A stretch of 64,000 nt of DNA, taken from the IMG/VR virus record IMGVR_UViG_3300032238_000599, positions 64,001-128,000 of that record; one strand, written 5' to 3'. Both the position numbers and the translations under genes were made by a program. The number at the start of each line of letters is the position of its first letter. Within the stretch, counting starts at the first letter, position 1. Source of the DNA: a virus. Below, in pieces: positions 1 through 11,800 of the stretch. Under the pieces are notes generated by a model. It did no database searches, was not told the origin of the DNA, and was given only the letters and a program-made list of their open reading frames with translations.

Positions 1-2
1 AT

Positions 3-1052
3 GGCGCAAATGTTATTATGTATCTAGTAGGGCACAACTTTGCCTATGTTGGTACAGAATATAGAGCAATTAATGATCCAACTGATGCAGACGAAGGCCG
101 ACAAGCTCAGCGATTAAATGGCGCACAAATATATTATCAAAGTGTTGATCAAAGTGGTAATGTAAGAGTAGGCAATGTTTTTAAGGTAGTAGGGGACACT
201 GGTAATATTGTTTTTACTGGTACTAACTTCCAACTTAATAACGGTAGTATTGAATTTTTTAGTGGATCTAGTACAACTTACATTGATAAATTAGAAATTG
301 ACACTGGAAACATTTTTATCTCTGGTAATCAAATTGATACATTTTCGGGTAACTTAGAATTAAGTCCTACTTCAGGTATCGTTAATTTAAGTTCTGTATC
401 ATCATTTATTACACCTATTGGAAATACTGCATCAGAACTCTCAATACTTGGCGGCATACGATATAATACGTCTGTATCAAATTATGAAGGTTACACAGCT
501 TCTGGATTCAAAGGATTTTACGGGCTTTTAGATTCAACTAGAACTACTAAAATTACCCCAGAACTTACTCCAGGCGCCGGAGATAAAACAATTAGAATGT
601 ATGCTAACAACGATTTAAAAATTAGCATTACAGATACTAAAACAACATTTAAAGATTTAACTATTGGAGACTTGGCATTTTCAACAAGTCAGTTAACAGT
701 TAATAACAGTCAAGATTTAACTCTAACTCCTACAGGAACTGGACAAGTTTACTTTAGTAATGTTACTCCGTATACAGACACTATTGAAGATATAACAACA
801 GATGCTGTTTTTAACTTTAGTCAAACAGGATCTGGATTTTTTAAACTTGACACACCTGCTGTGGGATTTCCGTCAGGCGATAATAACGATCAGCCTCTAG
901 TACCTGAAATAGGCATGCATCGTTACAACACAGAAGTCCCACAATTTGAACTTTGGAACGGCACAGCTTGGGTACCAGCAACTGGTACAGACGTTGTTAG
1001 CGAAGACGATATGCGCGAATACACCAACTTTTGGTCACTGATCTTAGGTTAA
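3..1052 (+). CDS. Virion structural/fibre protein, C-terminal part (5'-truncated by window); paralog of 1089..5108
   Basis: Frame is open from base 3 (GANVIMYLVGHNFAYVG), matching GCIAYLVGHNLAYVG of the next ORF. Both share G(M/L)xRYNT...E.(W/Y).G..W motifs and a hydrophobic ..ILG C-terminus. Confidence 0.75.
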   Translation, partial: GANVIMYLVGHNFAYVGTEYRAINDPTDADEGRQAQRLNGAQIYYQSVDQSGNVRVGNVFKVVGDTGNIVFTGTNFQLNNGSIEFFSGSSTTYIDKLEIDTGNIFISGNQIDTFSGNLELSPTSGIVNLSSVSSFITPIGNTASELSILGGIRYNTSVSNYEGYTASGFKGFYGLLDSTRTTKITPELTPGAGDKTIRMYANNDLKISITDTKTTFKDLTIGDLAFSTSQLTVNNSQDLTLTPTGTGQVYFSNVTPYTDTIEDITTDAVFNFSQTGSGFFKLDTPAVGFPSGDNNDQPLVPEIGMHRYNTEVPQFELWNGTAWVPATGTDVVSEDDMREYTNFWSLILG

Positions 1053-1063
1053 CCGCTTAAAGA

Positions 1064-1069
1064 TAAATA
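1064..1069 (+). promoter_or_regulatory. T4-like late promoter core TAAATA
   Basis: GATAAATA in the short intergenic gap before 1089. The same core recurs before most structural genes (T4 late consensus is TATAAATA). Confidence 0.6.
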
Positions 1070-1088
1070 CTAAAACTGGTGTATATCT

Positions 1089-4000
1089 ATGGCTATTGGG
1101 CAAATTTCCGGACAACTACTAAAAGACGACTTACAACGTGATGGTCGTAACCTGTCTTTTGACACAAATTTACTATTTTTAGATGTTGTTAATCGACGCA
1201 TTGGTATTAATAATGCATCTCCTACAGATGCTGTAGACGTTACTGGTAGAACTCGTTCTACAAATTTAAAAGTTAATACTCAAGCAGATATTGCTAGTAT
1301 TACAGTTAACACAAATACTATTACATCAAATACTGGAACACTAAGTCTTAATCCTAGTGCGCCAAATGCTGTTGTTGTACAAGCAAAATTACAAGTTGAC
1401 AACTTAGAACTTACATCAAATAATATTAATGCGTTAGGAACTAACAAAGATATTAATATTAATCCAACAGGATCAGGTAAACTTGTTATAGGTACAGCAC
1501 TATCAAACAAAGATGTATTAATTAATGGTAGTTTACATGCTACTGGAAATATTACGTTTAGTGATGGTGGCGCAGGAACAATTCAATTTGGTGATGCTAA
1601 CACTGATAGCATTACTTTTAATGCCGATGTTATTTCTGACATTAGACCCGATCAAACAGAATTATATAGTTTAGGTACTACTGACAATCGTTGGTTAAAC
1701 ACTTACACTAAAAACTTATACACAACAAATTTAAACGCAACTACAATTACCTTAGCTAATGGGATTAATTTAAGTTTAGCTCAAGGAAAGACATGGTATG
1801 TAGCAACTAATGGAGGTGATACTAAATTAGGTAATCATCAAAACGATCCGTTTGCTTCTGTAACAAAGGCATTAACAGTTGCTCAACCAGGTGATACAAT
1901 TTATATCTATCCAGGAACATATACAGAAACGTTTCCAATGTCAGTTCCAGCAGGAGTAACTGTTAAAGGTGCTGGCATTCGTTCAGTTTTAATTCAACCT
2001 ACTAGTGGAACACGCAATAAAGACGGATTTTTAATTACCGGTGAAGTTACTATTGAAGATTTAACCCTTGCTAATTTTGAATATGACAGCATAGGCAATA
2101 CTGGTTATGGTTTTAGATTAAAGTCAGGATTTAAAGTATCTAGTCGTAGTCCCTATATTAGAAACTGCTCGGTAATTACGGCAGGTAGCACAGTTCGACT
2201 AGCAACCAATCCAGCCAACGATCCAAGAGGATTCTTAGCAGGAGACGCAGGTCGTGGCGCATTATTTGATGGTAGCGTTGCAGACGCTACTAGCAAAGAC
2301 GTAAGTGTATTATTTCACTCTACAACTTTTATTACACCAGGCGCAACTTGTATACGAGTTAGTAACGGTGTTAAAATTGAGTGGTTGAATAGTTTTATCT
2401 ACTTTGCTGATAAAGGTTTTGATATACAAACAAACTTAGGAAGCGCAGGTGGACAATTTGGTACAGCTCAAGTAGGATTAAAAATTCCTGCATCGGGGAG
2501 AGTAGGAACGTGGAACGTTGGCAACACATTAACTTATTATGATACCGATGGCACAACTGTTCTAGCCACAGGAACTATTGCAAGTATTTCAGGCGACTGG
2601 GTTTATATAACAGGCTATCAAACCGGATTTATAACTATATCTGATCGCGTGGGAAAAACTGTTTTTATAGCAGGTGATGCAAAATTATCTACAGCACAGA
2701 AAAAATTTAATACAGCAAGTTTAGTATTAGACGGAACAGGGGATTATATTAATCTTGGATCTGATCCTGATTTTGGATTTGGACTAGCAAACCGACCGTC
2801 AAAGCCTATAGCTGTAACTGGTAACACAGTTGTTAGTGCAACACAAAGTAAGTTTGGTGGAGCAAGTGTCTTCTTTGATGGTACTGGCGATTATATTAGT
2901 ACTACAATACCATATGCAGACCTTGGGTTTGGCACTGGCGAATACACTATCGAGTTTTGGGCATATAGAACTGTAACTCAGTTAGGCACAATTATCGATT
3001 TCCACCCAAGCGGCGCTGGAAATTATCATCAAGTTAACCTAAGTTCCACTGGACTTTTAAGATACTCTATCAATGGCGCAACAGTTATTACTGGAGCAAC
3101 TCTTACACTAAACACATGGTGCCATGTTGCAATAACACGTTCAGGCACCAGCGTTAAAATGTTCTTTAATGGAAACCAAACTGGGGTTACATATACCGAC
3201 AGCACAAATTATCCAGCAAGCGCATTAACTATTGGATCAAGTAATCTTGGTGCTAACGGTTATGGCGGTTACTTAGACGAAGTTAGAATTAGTAATAATG
3301 CAAAATATACAGGAACGTTCATTACTCCTGCAGCCTCGTTTACTCCTGATATCAATTCTGTATTCTTAATGCATGGCGACTCAACTATTTCAGACGATGC
3401 AGATGATCAAACAGTTGGCGAATTTGCATTAGAATCTTGGGTGTATCCTACTACAACAGGAACTACTAAAGTTTTATTTGATTTAAGGGCAACTGCTGGC
3501 GATACTGATGGTATAGTAGTTGGAATTAACAGTTCTAATCAATTATATTTTTACTTAAATGGCAGCAACAGAATAGGGCCTGCAGGGACTATTAACATTG
3601 CTGTCTGGACACATATTGCACTAACAAGGGTCGGCGGCTTTACAAAATTATTTGTTAACGGAATTCAAGTAGGAACTTCGTATATTGATACAAATAACTA
3701 CTCTCAAAGAGGAGTTAGAATAGGTGCAGACATTGATGGTAACAATCTTTTCACAGGATATATTGACGAAATTAGAATTTCAAAAGGAGCAGGACGATAC
3801 TCTGCTACCTTTACACCCCTTGCCTCTGAGTTTGCTAGTGATGCTAAAACAGTATTGTTGTTGCATTTGAACGGTGCAAATAATTCTACTACTTTAACAG
3901 ATGATGGAGTTAGAAGACAAGATCTTAGAACCAGCACAGGTGGAACTGCAACTATTATAACTTATGCCGACTACACTAAGTTTGGCGCAGAGATTAGAAG

Positions 4001-5108
4001 TATTGGTTCGGCAAACGTTTACGGTAATTACGGTTTTGTTGGAGATGGCCCAGGATGTATAGCCTACTTAGTAGGACATAATTTAGCCTATGTAGGTGCT
4101 GGAAGATTCTCTAATAACGATCCAACTAGTCAAATTAAAGCAAATGAAATTGTAAAAACAAATGGCGCTAAGATATATTTTTCAAGCATTGACAATATCG
4201 GAAACTATAGAGTTGGTGATTATTTTGAAATTGATCAAAAGAACGGAAACGTAACATTTAACGGTGCGTCTTTCAATATTCCGTCACAGGCAGCTATTAC
4301 GTTAACTGACGGTGTTAATACTACAATTCTAGATGCAACAAAAGTACAAACAGGAAATATTGTTCTTAGTGGAAATACAATCTCTACTCTTAGCGGAGAT
4401 TTAAATCTAACAGCATACAGCGGTGTTGTTCGAATTAATAGCACTAATAATTTTATTATCCCAGTAGGAACTACTTTACAAAGACCTAGTCCTGGATCTA
4501 ATGGAATGATTAGATACAATACTACAGAAAGTTGGTATGAAGGATATAGCGGAAGCCAGTGGGTCCCGTTTGGTGTAGTATCAGATTTAACAAGAACAAC
4601 ACAGATTCTTACAGACGTTACTCCAGGAGATCAAACATTAAGCTTCTATGCTAACAATACCCTTGCCGCAACACTAACAAGTACTGCATTTAATGTTAAT
4701 AGAGTAAACGTTGGAAATTTTGATATATCTAGCAATACAATTACACCAGTAACATCTAACACAGATATCAGTATTCAACCCACCGGTACTGGCGGAACAC
4801 GTATATCAAATATAAGAATAAGTACTAATACAATTGAAAATACTACCAATAACGCTATAACTACAATTAAAACCAACGGCGACGGTTATGTAAAATTTAC
4901 TGGAGTTAACGGTGTTGTTATTCCAGTTGGTGACAACTTAAATAGACCTTCAAGCCCGGTAACTGGTTTAATTCGTTACAATACACAGCTTGGTACAACT
5001 GAATTGTATGATGGAACTCAGTGGGGCGGACTAAGCGGACAGTCTGGTGCTATTACAATTGGTACTGCTCAAGATATTGCGATCGCAATGGTGATCATTT
5101 TAGGATAA
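1089..5108 (+). CDS. Large virion structural protein with pectin-lyase-like beta-helix and two LamG/concanavalin-A-like domains
   Basis: YVATNGGD...PFASVTKAL...GDTIYIYPGTYTE beta-helix start; two LamG signatures (FDGTGDY, TIEFW, WCHVAITRSG, GYLDEVRIS / GYIDEIRIS); T/N/G-rich composition. Confidence 0.75.
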   Translation: MAIGQISGQLLKDDLQRDGRNLSFDTNLLFLDVVNRRIGINNASPTDAVDVTGRTRSTNLKVNTQADIASITVNTNTITSNTGTLSLNPSAPNAVVVQAKLQVDNLELTSNNINALGTNKDININPTGSGKLVIGTALSNKDVLINGSLHATGNITFSDGGAGTIQFGDANTDSITFNADVISDIRPDQTELYSLGTTDNRWLNTYTKNLYTTNLNATTITLANGINLSLAQGKTWYVATNGGDTKLGNHQNDPFASVTKALTVAQPGDTIYIYPGTYTETFPMSVPAGVTVKGAGIRSVLIQPTSGTRNKDGFLITGEVTIEDLTLANFEYDSIGNTGYGFRLKSGFKVSSRSPYIRNCSVITAGSTVRLATNPANDPRGFLAGDAGRGALFDGSVADATSKDVSVLFHSTTFITPGATCIRVSNGVKIEWLNSFIYFADKGFDIQTNLGSAGGQFGTAQVGLKIPASGRVGTWNVGNTLTYYDTDGTTVLATGTIASISGDWVYITGYQTGFITISDRVGKTVFIAGDAKLSTAQKKFNTASLVLDGTGDYINLGSDPDFGFGLANRPSKPIAVTGNTVVSATQSKFGGASVFFDGTGDYISTTIPYADLGFGTGEYTIEFWAYRTVTQLGTIIDFHPSGAGNYHQVNLSSTGLLRYSINGATVITGATLTLNTWCHVAITRSGTSVKMFFNGNQTGVTYTDSTNYPASALTIGSSNLGANGYGGYLDEVRISNNAKYTGTFITPAASFTPDINSVFLMHGDSTISDDADDQTVGEFALESWVYPTTTGTTKVLFDLRATAGDTDGIVVGINSSNQLYFYLNGSNRIGPAGTINIAVWTHIALTRVGGFTKLFVNGIQVGTSYIDTNNYSQRGVRIGADIDGNNLFTGYIDEIRISKGAGRYSATFTPLASEFASDAKTVLLLHLNGANNSTTLTDDGVRRQDLRTSTGGTATIITYADYTKFGAEIRSIGSANVYGNYGFVGDGPGCIAYLVGHNLAYVGAGRFSNNDPTSQIKANEIVKTNGAKIYFSSIDNIGNYRVGDYFEIDQKNGNVTFNGASFNIPSQAAITLTDGVNTTILDATKVQTGNIVLSGNTISTLSGDLNLTAYSGVVRINSTNNFIIPVGTTLQRPSPGSNGMIRYNTTESWYEGYSGSQWVPFGVVSDLTRTTQILTDVTPGDQTLSFYANNTLAATLTSTAFNVNRVNVGNFDISSNTITPVTSNTDISIQPTGTGGTRISNIRISTNTIENTTNNAITTIKTNGDGYVKFTGVNGVVIPVGDNLNRPSSPVTGLIRYNTQLGTTELYDGTQWGGLSGQSGAITIGTAQDIAIAMVIILG

Positions 5109-5112
5109 GAAC

Positions 5113-5439
5113 ATGGCAACAAATTTAAAAAACGCACTATACTCAGAATTAGGAACTACGCCTACAACAGTAGTAACTACAATTTCAAACGGTAAAACAA
5201 CGGTCATCGGTTTAAGTTTAACAAACTTATTAGAAATTCCAGTTCTAGCAAGTATTCAATTAGATGACGGTGTTACGGCCGCGTATTTTTTAAAGAATGT
5301 GGTTGTACCACCTAATCAAAGTTTACGAGTAATTAATGGCGGAGAAAAATTAGTGTTAGGTGTCAGTACAGATGTAATCATCGAAGCCAGCGAAGATATA
5401 AGTTTAGATCTTGTAATGAGTTACGTTGAAATTGTTTAA
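5113..5439 (+). CDS. Small virion structural protein (fibre-associated); paralog of 22826..23173
   Basis: 108-aa beta-rich ORF 4 nt after the large protein. Its T.V.T...V....VTN...V(P/A)P...L pattern is shared with 22826..23173. Confidence 0.6.
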   Translation: MATNLKNALYSELGTTPTTVVTTISNGKTTVIGLSLTNLLEIPVLASIQLDDGVTAAYFLKNVVVPPNQSLRVINGGEKLVLGVSTDVIIEASEDISLDLVMSYVEIV

Positions 5440-5451
5440 AGGATAAAAATT

Positions 5452-5811
5452 ATGACTTACTATATTGGAAATGAATCACTAGGTGATGTACAAGGCGGAA
5501 ATCCTAGATATTTTTACGCCTTACGTAGAACAGATGACGGAACTTTGTACTTTACAAGAATTGACCAGTTAACAAACCCAGATGCTGAAGCAATTATCAA
5601 CAACCCGGGTTTAGCTCAAAACGATTTTACTGAATTTGAATATGGTGTTGACTTCTTCGACGGGCGTTTAGAAGAAGATCACAGTCGCCCTTACAGTAAT
5701 ATGCAGTATGACCAATATCGTTGGGACAATCAAAACATCTATTATTATCTAAACGATAACGGCGAGTTTGTGGTTAGAATTAATAAAGTGTATTCAAATT
5801 ACCCAGCTTAA
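5452..5811 (+). CDS. Hypothetical protein in fibre gene cluster
   Basis: 119-aa ORF with AAGGA Shine-Dalgarno, co-directional with neighbours. Confidence 0.6.
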   Translation: MTYYIGNESLGDVQGGNPRYFYALRRTDDGTLYFTRIDQLTNPDAEAIINNPGLAQNDFTEFEYGVDFFDGRLEEDHSRPYSNMQYDQYRWDNQNIYYYLNDNGEFVVRINKVYSNYPA

Positions 5812-5820
5812 CGCAACGAA

Positions 5821-5826
5821 TAAATA
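5821..5826 (+). promoter_or_regulatory. Late promoter core TAAATA
   Basis: AATAAATA upstream of the 2672-aa gene. Confidence 0.6.
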
Positions 5827-5864
5827 CAAAATAGAGTAAAAATTACAGTAACAAGGATACTTTA

Positions 5865-8800
5865 ATGGCAGAGTTTAAATTAAACAGGTTGAGATTCAAC
5901 TGGAGCGGACCATGGCAAGCAGCCAAGGCCTATAATAGAGACGCGATTGTAAGATATCGCGGATCAGCATACGTATGCCTAGTACCCCATACTTCGAACG
6001 CAAATTTTAACGTTGATCTTAATGCAGTGATTCCAGTCTGGGAAACTGTACTACAAGGTGTAGCATTTTTAGGAGATTGGACCACTACTACTATCTATAG
6101 CATAGGCGATGTTGTAGTAAACGGTGGTGCAGTCTATCGTTGTATTACTGGTCATACTAGCTCAGTGTTTGCAACCGATGCTGCCAACTGGGAAACTTTT
6201 TCTCAAACTGATAAATGGAGAGCTAGCTGGACTGTTAGCACAGCATATAGCCTTGGTGATATTGTTAAGTACGGCGGTATTGTTTATCGTTGTATAACTA
6301 ATCACACCTCTGCTATTAATACAATTTTAGGACTAGAAGACGACTTGAGCAAGTGGTCTGTATTTGATCAAGGAATTGATTATAAGGGAACATGGGGACA
6401 AAATACTCGTTACAAAGTTCAAGACATAGTAAAAGTTGGTGCTGATCTATGGAAATGTAAAACAGCACATACGTCAACAAGTATTTTTAATGCCGCATAT
6501 TTTGATCTATGGTTAGAAGGTGAAGAGTATGCAGGTGATTGGGATTCTAATGTATTCTATGACGAGGGAGACGTTGTCCGTTTTGGTGGTTACGATTACG
6601 TAAGTACTTTTGCAAATAACAGAGGCTACAATCCTGCAACATCTGCGCCAGCATGGGAACCAGTTACCCCAGGTTATGATTTTGAAGGTGATTGGCAACC
6701 AAATACAACATATCGTTTTAACAGCGTGGTTCGCCAAGGCGGTAACTTGTATGTTGCTAAAATAACAAATAATAATACTGAACCTCAAGTAGGAGTTGAA
6801 CGTTTTCAATATTATGCTTCAGGCAGTACAGGAACAACTTTACATTTAACAGCAGGTTATATTGCTAACTTACGTGTTGGTATGACTGTTACTGGCATCG
6901 GTTTCTCTAGTGGCCAACGAGTAATTGCTAATAATGGCGACAACGGCACCTACTATGAAGTAATTTTAGATCGTGCCCCAGACAGCACACCAAGTGGCCA
7001 ACTATCATTTATCGGTATTAGTCCTGCGTGGAACTGGGTATCTACTGGTGATGATTGGAAGGGATTTTGGTCAATTACTGCAAACTATAACGTTGGCGAT
7101 TTAGTTATTTGGCAAAATGCAACATTCCGTTGTATCAATCCTCACAGCTCTACAGCATTAACACGCCCCGATTTAGATACAACTAATAGTTACTGGATTA
7201 TTTTCTTATTACACGCTCGTTCTAACGCAGGTAATACAATCGGTGACTTAATTACCTATGACAGCGCCCAGAGAAAAACTGTAGCTAAGCCTATTGGAAC
7301 TGAAGAATTCTTATTAACATCAAAGAACGCTAATCCTAATTGGAAGAAAATATTTGCTCTTCCAATGATTTACTATGTCGGAACTAATGGAGTTGACGAC
7401 TCTCACCACGGTGATACATTAGATCGCCCATGGAAAACAGTTAACTATGCTTGTGCTCAAATTAAAGCAGGTATACTAAATCCTAACGCAAAAACTTTGC
7501 TGACTCAAAACAAAGCATGGTTAATTGAAGAAATGTATCAGTGGATGATATATCAAAAGAATAATAACCTAAGCCCGTTCACTACTGGAAGTGTTTTTGA
7601 CGAAACTAAAACTCGTCGTGATGCAGGGTTTGTTATTGACGCACTAATCTATGACATTAGTCGTGGCGGTAACAGTCAAACTGTTGCGGCAACTCTGGCT
7701 TATTTTAACATTGAAGCTGGCGGAACAAGTTTTGTTAACAGCACAGTTACAGCTGAAATGCCTTACTTTATTGCGGCATTAAATCAACTATTCACTTTAG
7801 TTGGATATACATTATCTAATACTTCTCCAGTAATAAGTTATCAATCAGCAAACGGTATTTCTTTAAATCTACAAACAAGTCAGTATTTAAATTATGCTTA
7901 TGTAAGTGAGTCTGGAACTTATACTCCTGCAAATTTAAGTACTAACAATATAACTAATAATTCTGCAATTAATTATACAATTAATGGTAAGCAAAATCCA
8001 ACATTGAATCTTGTAAGAGGCAACACATACACTTTCACTTCAAGTGTTAGTGGATCTCACCCGTTGTGGATTCAAACACAAAACGGCGGCTACAATGCGT
8101 CATATACTTACAATAGAGGTATAACAGGCAATGGTGCTAACAACGGATCTACTCTAACATTTACAGTCCCTTATGATGCGCCTGATGCTTTGTATTATCA
8201 GTGTCAGTACCACCCAGGAATGAATGGTAAAATCAAAATATACAATTCTTTTGACACCATTGTAGACTTACCAAGTGCTCAAACTAGTGTAACCGCACTA
8301 ACTAGTATTTTAAGTACTGCACTATCAGCAGTTAGTACAGCAAGTGTACCTCCTCCAAGCCAAGGCTTAGAAGCTACTGTTTTCGTTAAGACAGGGGTAT
8401 ACAATGAAGTACTACCAATTGTTGTGCCTGCAAATACTGCGGTTGTTGGAGATGAACTTCGTGGTACAGTAATACAACCTGCAACTGCTGTGACTATAAA
8501 AGCACTTGCGGCAGAATCAACAACAGCAACAATTACAGTGAATAACAGTACTCAACTAGTAGTTGGTATGCCTATACAATTTACAGCATCGTTTAGTACA
8601 GTTACTTTAGGTACTACTTATTATGTTCGTTCAAAGCCAACTATAACTAGTATTACTATTAGTTCATCATCATCTTTGACAAGCGTATATAATTTAACTA
8701 CTGCTACTAATTTGTCAATAACTGCCTATGCAGGCGATGCACTAAAAGACATGTTCCGTTTACAAAATGGTACTGGTCTAAGAAATATGACCTTAAAAGG

Positions 8801-11800
8801 ACTGTTAGGAACACTAACAGAACCAAATGAATTCTTAACACAGCGTCCTACAGGCGGAAGTTTTGCGTCATTAGATCCAGGAACTGGGCCGGGAGATTCA
8901 AGTGCGTGGATTATTCGTCGAAGCCCTTATGTTCAAAACGTAACTACTTTTGGACAAGGTTGTACAGGTATGAAAGTTGATGGAAATCTACATAATGGTG
9001 GAAATAAATCAATTGTTGCAAACGACTTTACACAAATTTTAAGTGACGGTATTGGCGCATGGATTACTGGAGCAGACTCTAAAGCAGAACTTGTTTCGGT
9101 ATTCTCGTACTATAACTATGCCGGTTATCTTGCAGAAAACGGCGGACGTATCCGTGCAACAAACGGTAACAGCTCATACGGTACGTTTGGTGTTATTGCT
9201 GAAGGATATGACACTAGCGAAACTCCGATTAGTGGTATAGTTTATAATAAGTCAACACAAGTACAGGCTACTGTACAAAGTGCTTATGGTCTAAATGCAC
9301 AGTTATTAAAGTTATCATACTCTAATGCAGGTAGCAACTATACACGACCAACTACTAATTTATTGAAGTATAGCAACAGTCCATCCAACGGTGTATGGTC
9401 TAACGATGCTACTATTGTGTTACAGCAAAATATTGCCGCCCCAATTGGATACGATAACGGCTGGACATTAACAGCATCATCTGCTACTGGCGATACCGGA
9501 TATATTCAACAAAATACAGCGATACCAGCAGCCGGTGGCAGTTTTACTGGGCTAAGTGGAACAACAAACGGAGGCGGATCTCTTGCTACATTTGACGTAG
9601 TAGTCGGTTCAGCTGGTTACAGCGTAACAATTAATAACCCTGGAACTGGTTTTGTTATTGGCAACACTATTCTAATACTAGGAACTCAACTAAACGGACA
9701 AACACCAGCTAACGATTTGACTATCACAGTGGCAAACGTAGCAGGTTCTGCAATTAGTCAAATTACTACCAGCGGAACTATTCCAGCTGGCTCTGATAGA
9801 TATTACATCTTAAGTGCATACGTTAAGAAAGGTACTAGCTCAACTTGTGATCTATATGCATTTTTCACAGGAAGCTCAACAAGAGGAACAGCATTAACTT
9901 ACAACTTCGATACAAATACCGTAACTGTTGCAAGCTCAGATGGTGCTGGCATGCTTCCTCCAGCAGGAACTTACGGTGCTATTCCACAATTATCAACTGG
10001 CTGGTATAGAATCTGGATGGCAGTTAATGACAACTTAGGTTTAAACACTAGCATTCAGTGGAGATTTTATCCAGCTGGACGTTCTGCGAGAACCGCAGGA
10101 CTATACACTCTGTTCTATGGCGCACAAGTTCAGTCAGAAACTACTGCAACAGCACTAAGTTACTATTTAGAACAACAAAATACTCGCTACACCGCGTATG
10201 CAAACTATAACATTAACAGTTCAGGAACAGGTGCAGTTGTAGTTGGTGACGAAATTCGAAGTCGATCAGTTTTTCAAACTAGAATTATCACTGTTGGTAC
10301 AAACGTTGGCGGTGGCGGATACTTAACCGCAAGTAACAGCGCACAAACTGGTACTAGCACTTACGTAACACTGGCACAGTCTGACAACAATACTGCCGAC
10401 AACTATATTAATATGCGGGTGTTTATTAATAGTGGGACTGGCGCTGGACAATATGGATTTATTACAGCATTTAATACTGTAACTAAAATTGCTCAAGTAT
10501 GTAAAGAATCATTTGATCCAATCACAGTTACTTCAACTACCACTGGTTCAAATTTATTTGGATTAGGTGGAAGTTTTGATACTACAGTACTATATCCAAA
10601 TATGCCTGTACAGTTTATTCCTACATATTATCCTTTAACTGTAACAAGTTCTTCTAACGGAACAGTATCAGTAACAGGAACTGTTGGCGGACTATTTAAC
10701 TATGTAACAGTATCAAGCACAGCTAACCTACGAGTAGGAACAACTGTTACTTTTACAGGCAACTTACCTTCAGGTAATTTAGTTACAGGATACACATATT
10801 ATATTACAGCAGTTATTAACAGTAACAATATTCAACTAGCCACAACTGCTTTTGGCAGTACATGGCAATTAACAACAGCCGCAGGCGGTTATACTTTAGC
10901 ATATCCAAACGGTACTGGATATCTAAGTGGAACAAACATTACTTCAAACATGACTGCTAATATGCCGGTGGTATTTACCGGGCAAGCATTTGGCGGTGTA
11001 ACTACTGCTAGAACATATTATGTAAATGATATTATTGATAGTAATACTTTTACAATTTCAAATTCACTGGTACCGATTACGGTTACTGCAAGTAACTCAA
11101 GCGGAAATATATACACTACATCAGATACTTCTGTATTAACTTCATTGAATCCTATATATTTCAGCGGAGCTTCATTGTTTGGGTTGGTTGGAATATCTTC
11201 AAGTACAAAGTACTATGTAAGTAAGATTCAGTCAGCAACAACATTTACTATTGCATCGAATTTAATTACAACTACAGCAACTGAAACAGCTCAAACAACT
11301 AACCTAGTTACTGTTACTAGCACCGTTGGATTCTCAGTTAATAGTCCAATTATATTCACAGGCGTTTCATTTGGTAATATTATATCTGAGCGTGTTTACT
11401 ATATTCTAGCTATTAATAACTCAACTACTTTAACAATATCAACGGTTCAAGGTGGCGCCGCAGTAAATCAATTTAATGCTACAGGAAATATGAGCGTAAG
11501 AACAGCAACTCCTGATCTAACCTTAACAACTGTAGGATCGGGTTCTATGACTGGAACCACAACTGCTATCAAAACTATTACCACTCAAGGTACTGGTTCC
11601 ATGACAGCAACTATTTCTACCCCACTGTATGGCGGTTCAAATATTACAGCAGGAACAATTTATTACGTACTAGCAACCCCTTCAAGTAGCACATTTACTA
11701 TAACAGCTACTCCTGGTGGAAGTACAGCAGTTAACCTTTCAACAGGTTCTGGTTCTATGAGCTTGGTAGCTGTAGGATGGGATCATATTAACCAAGGAAC

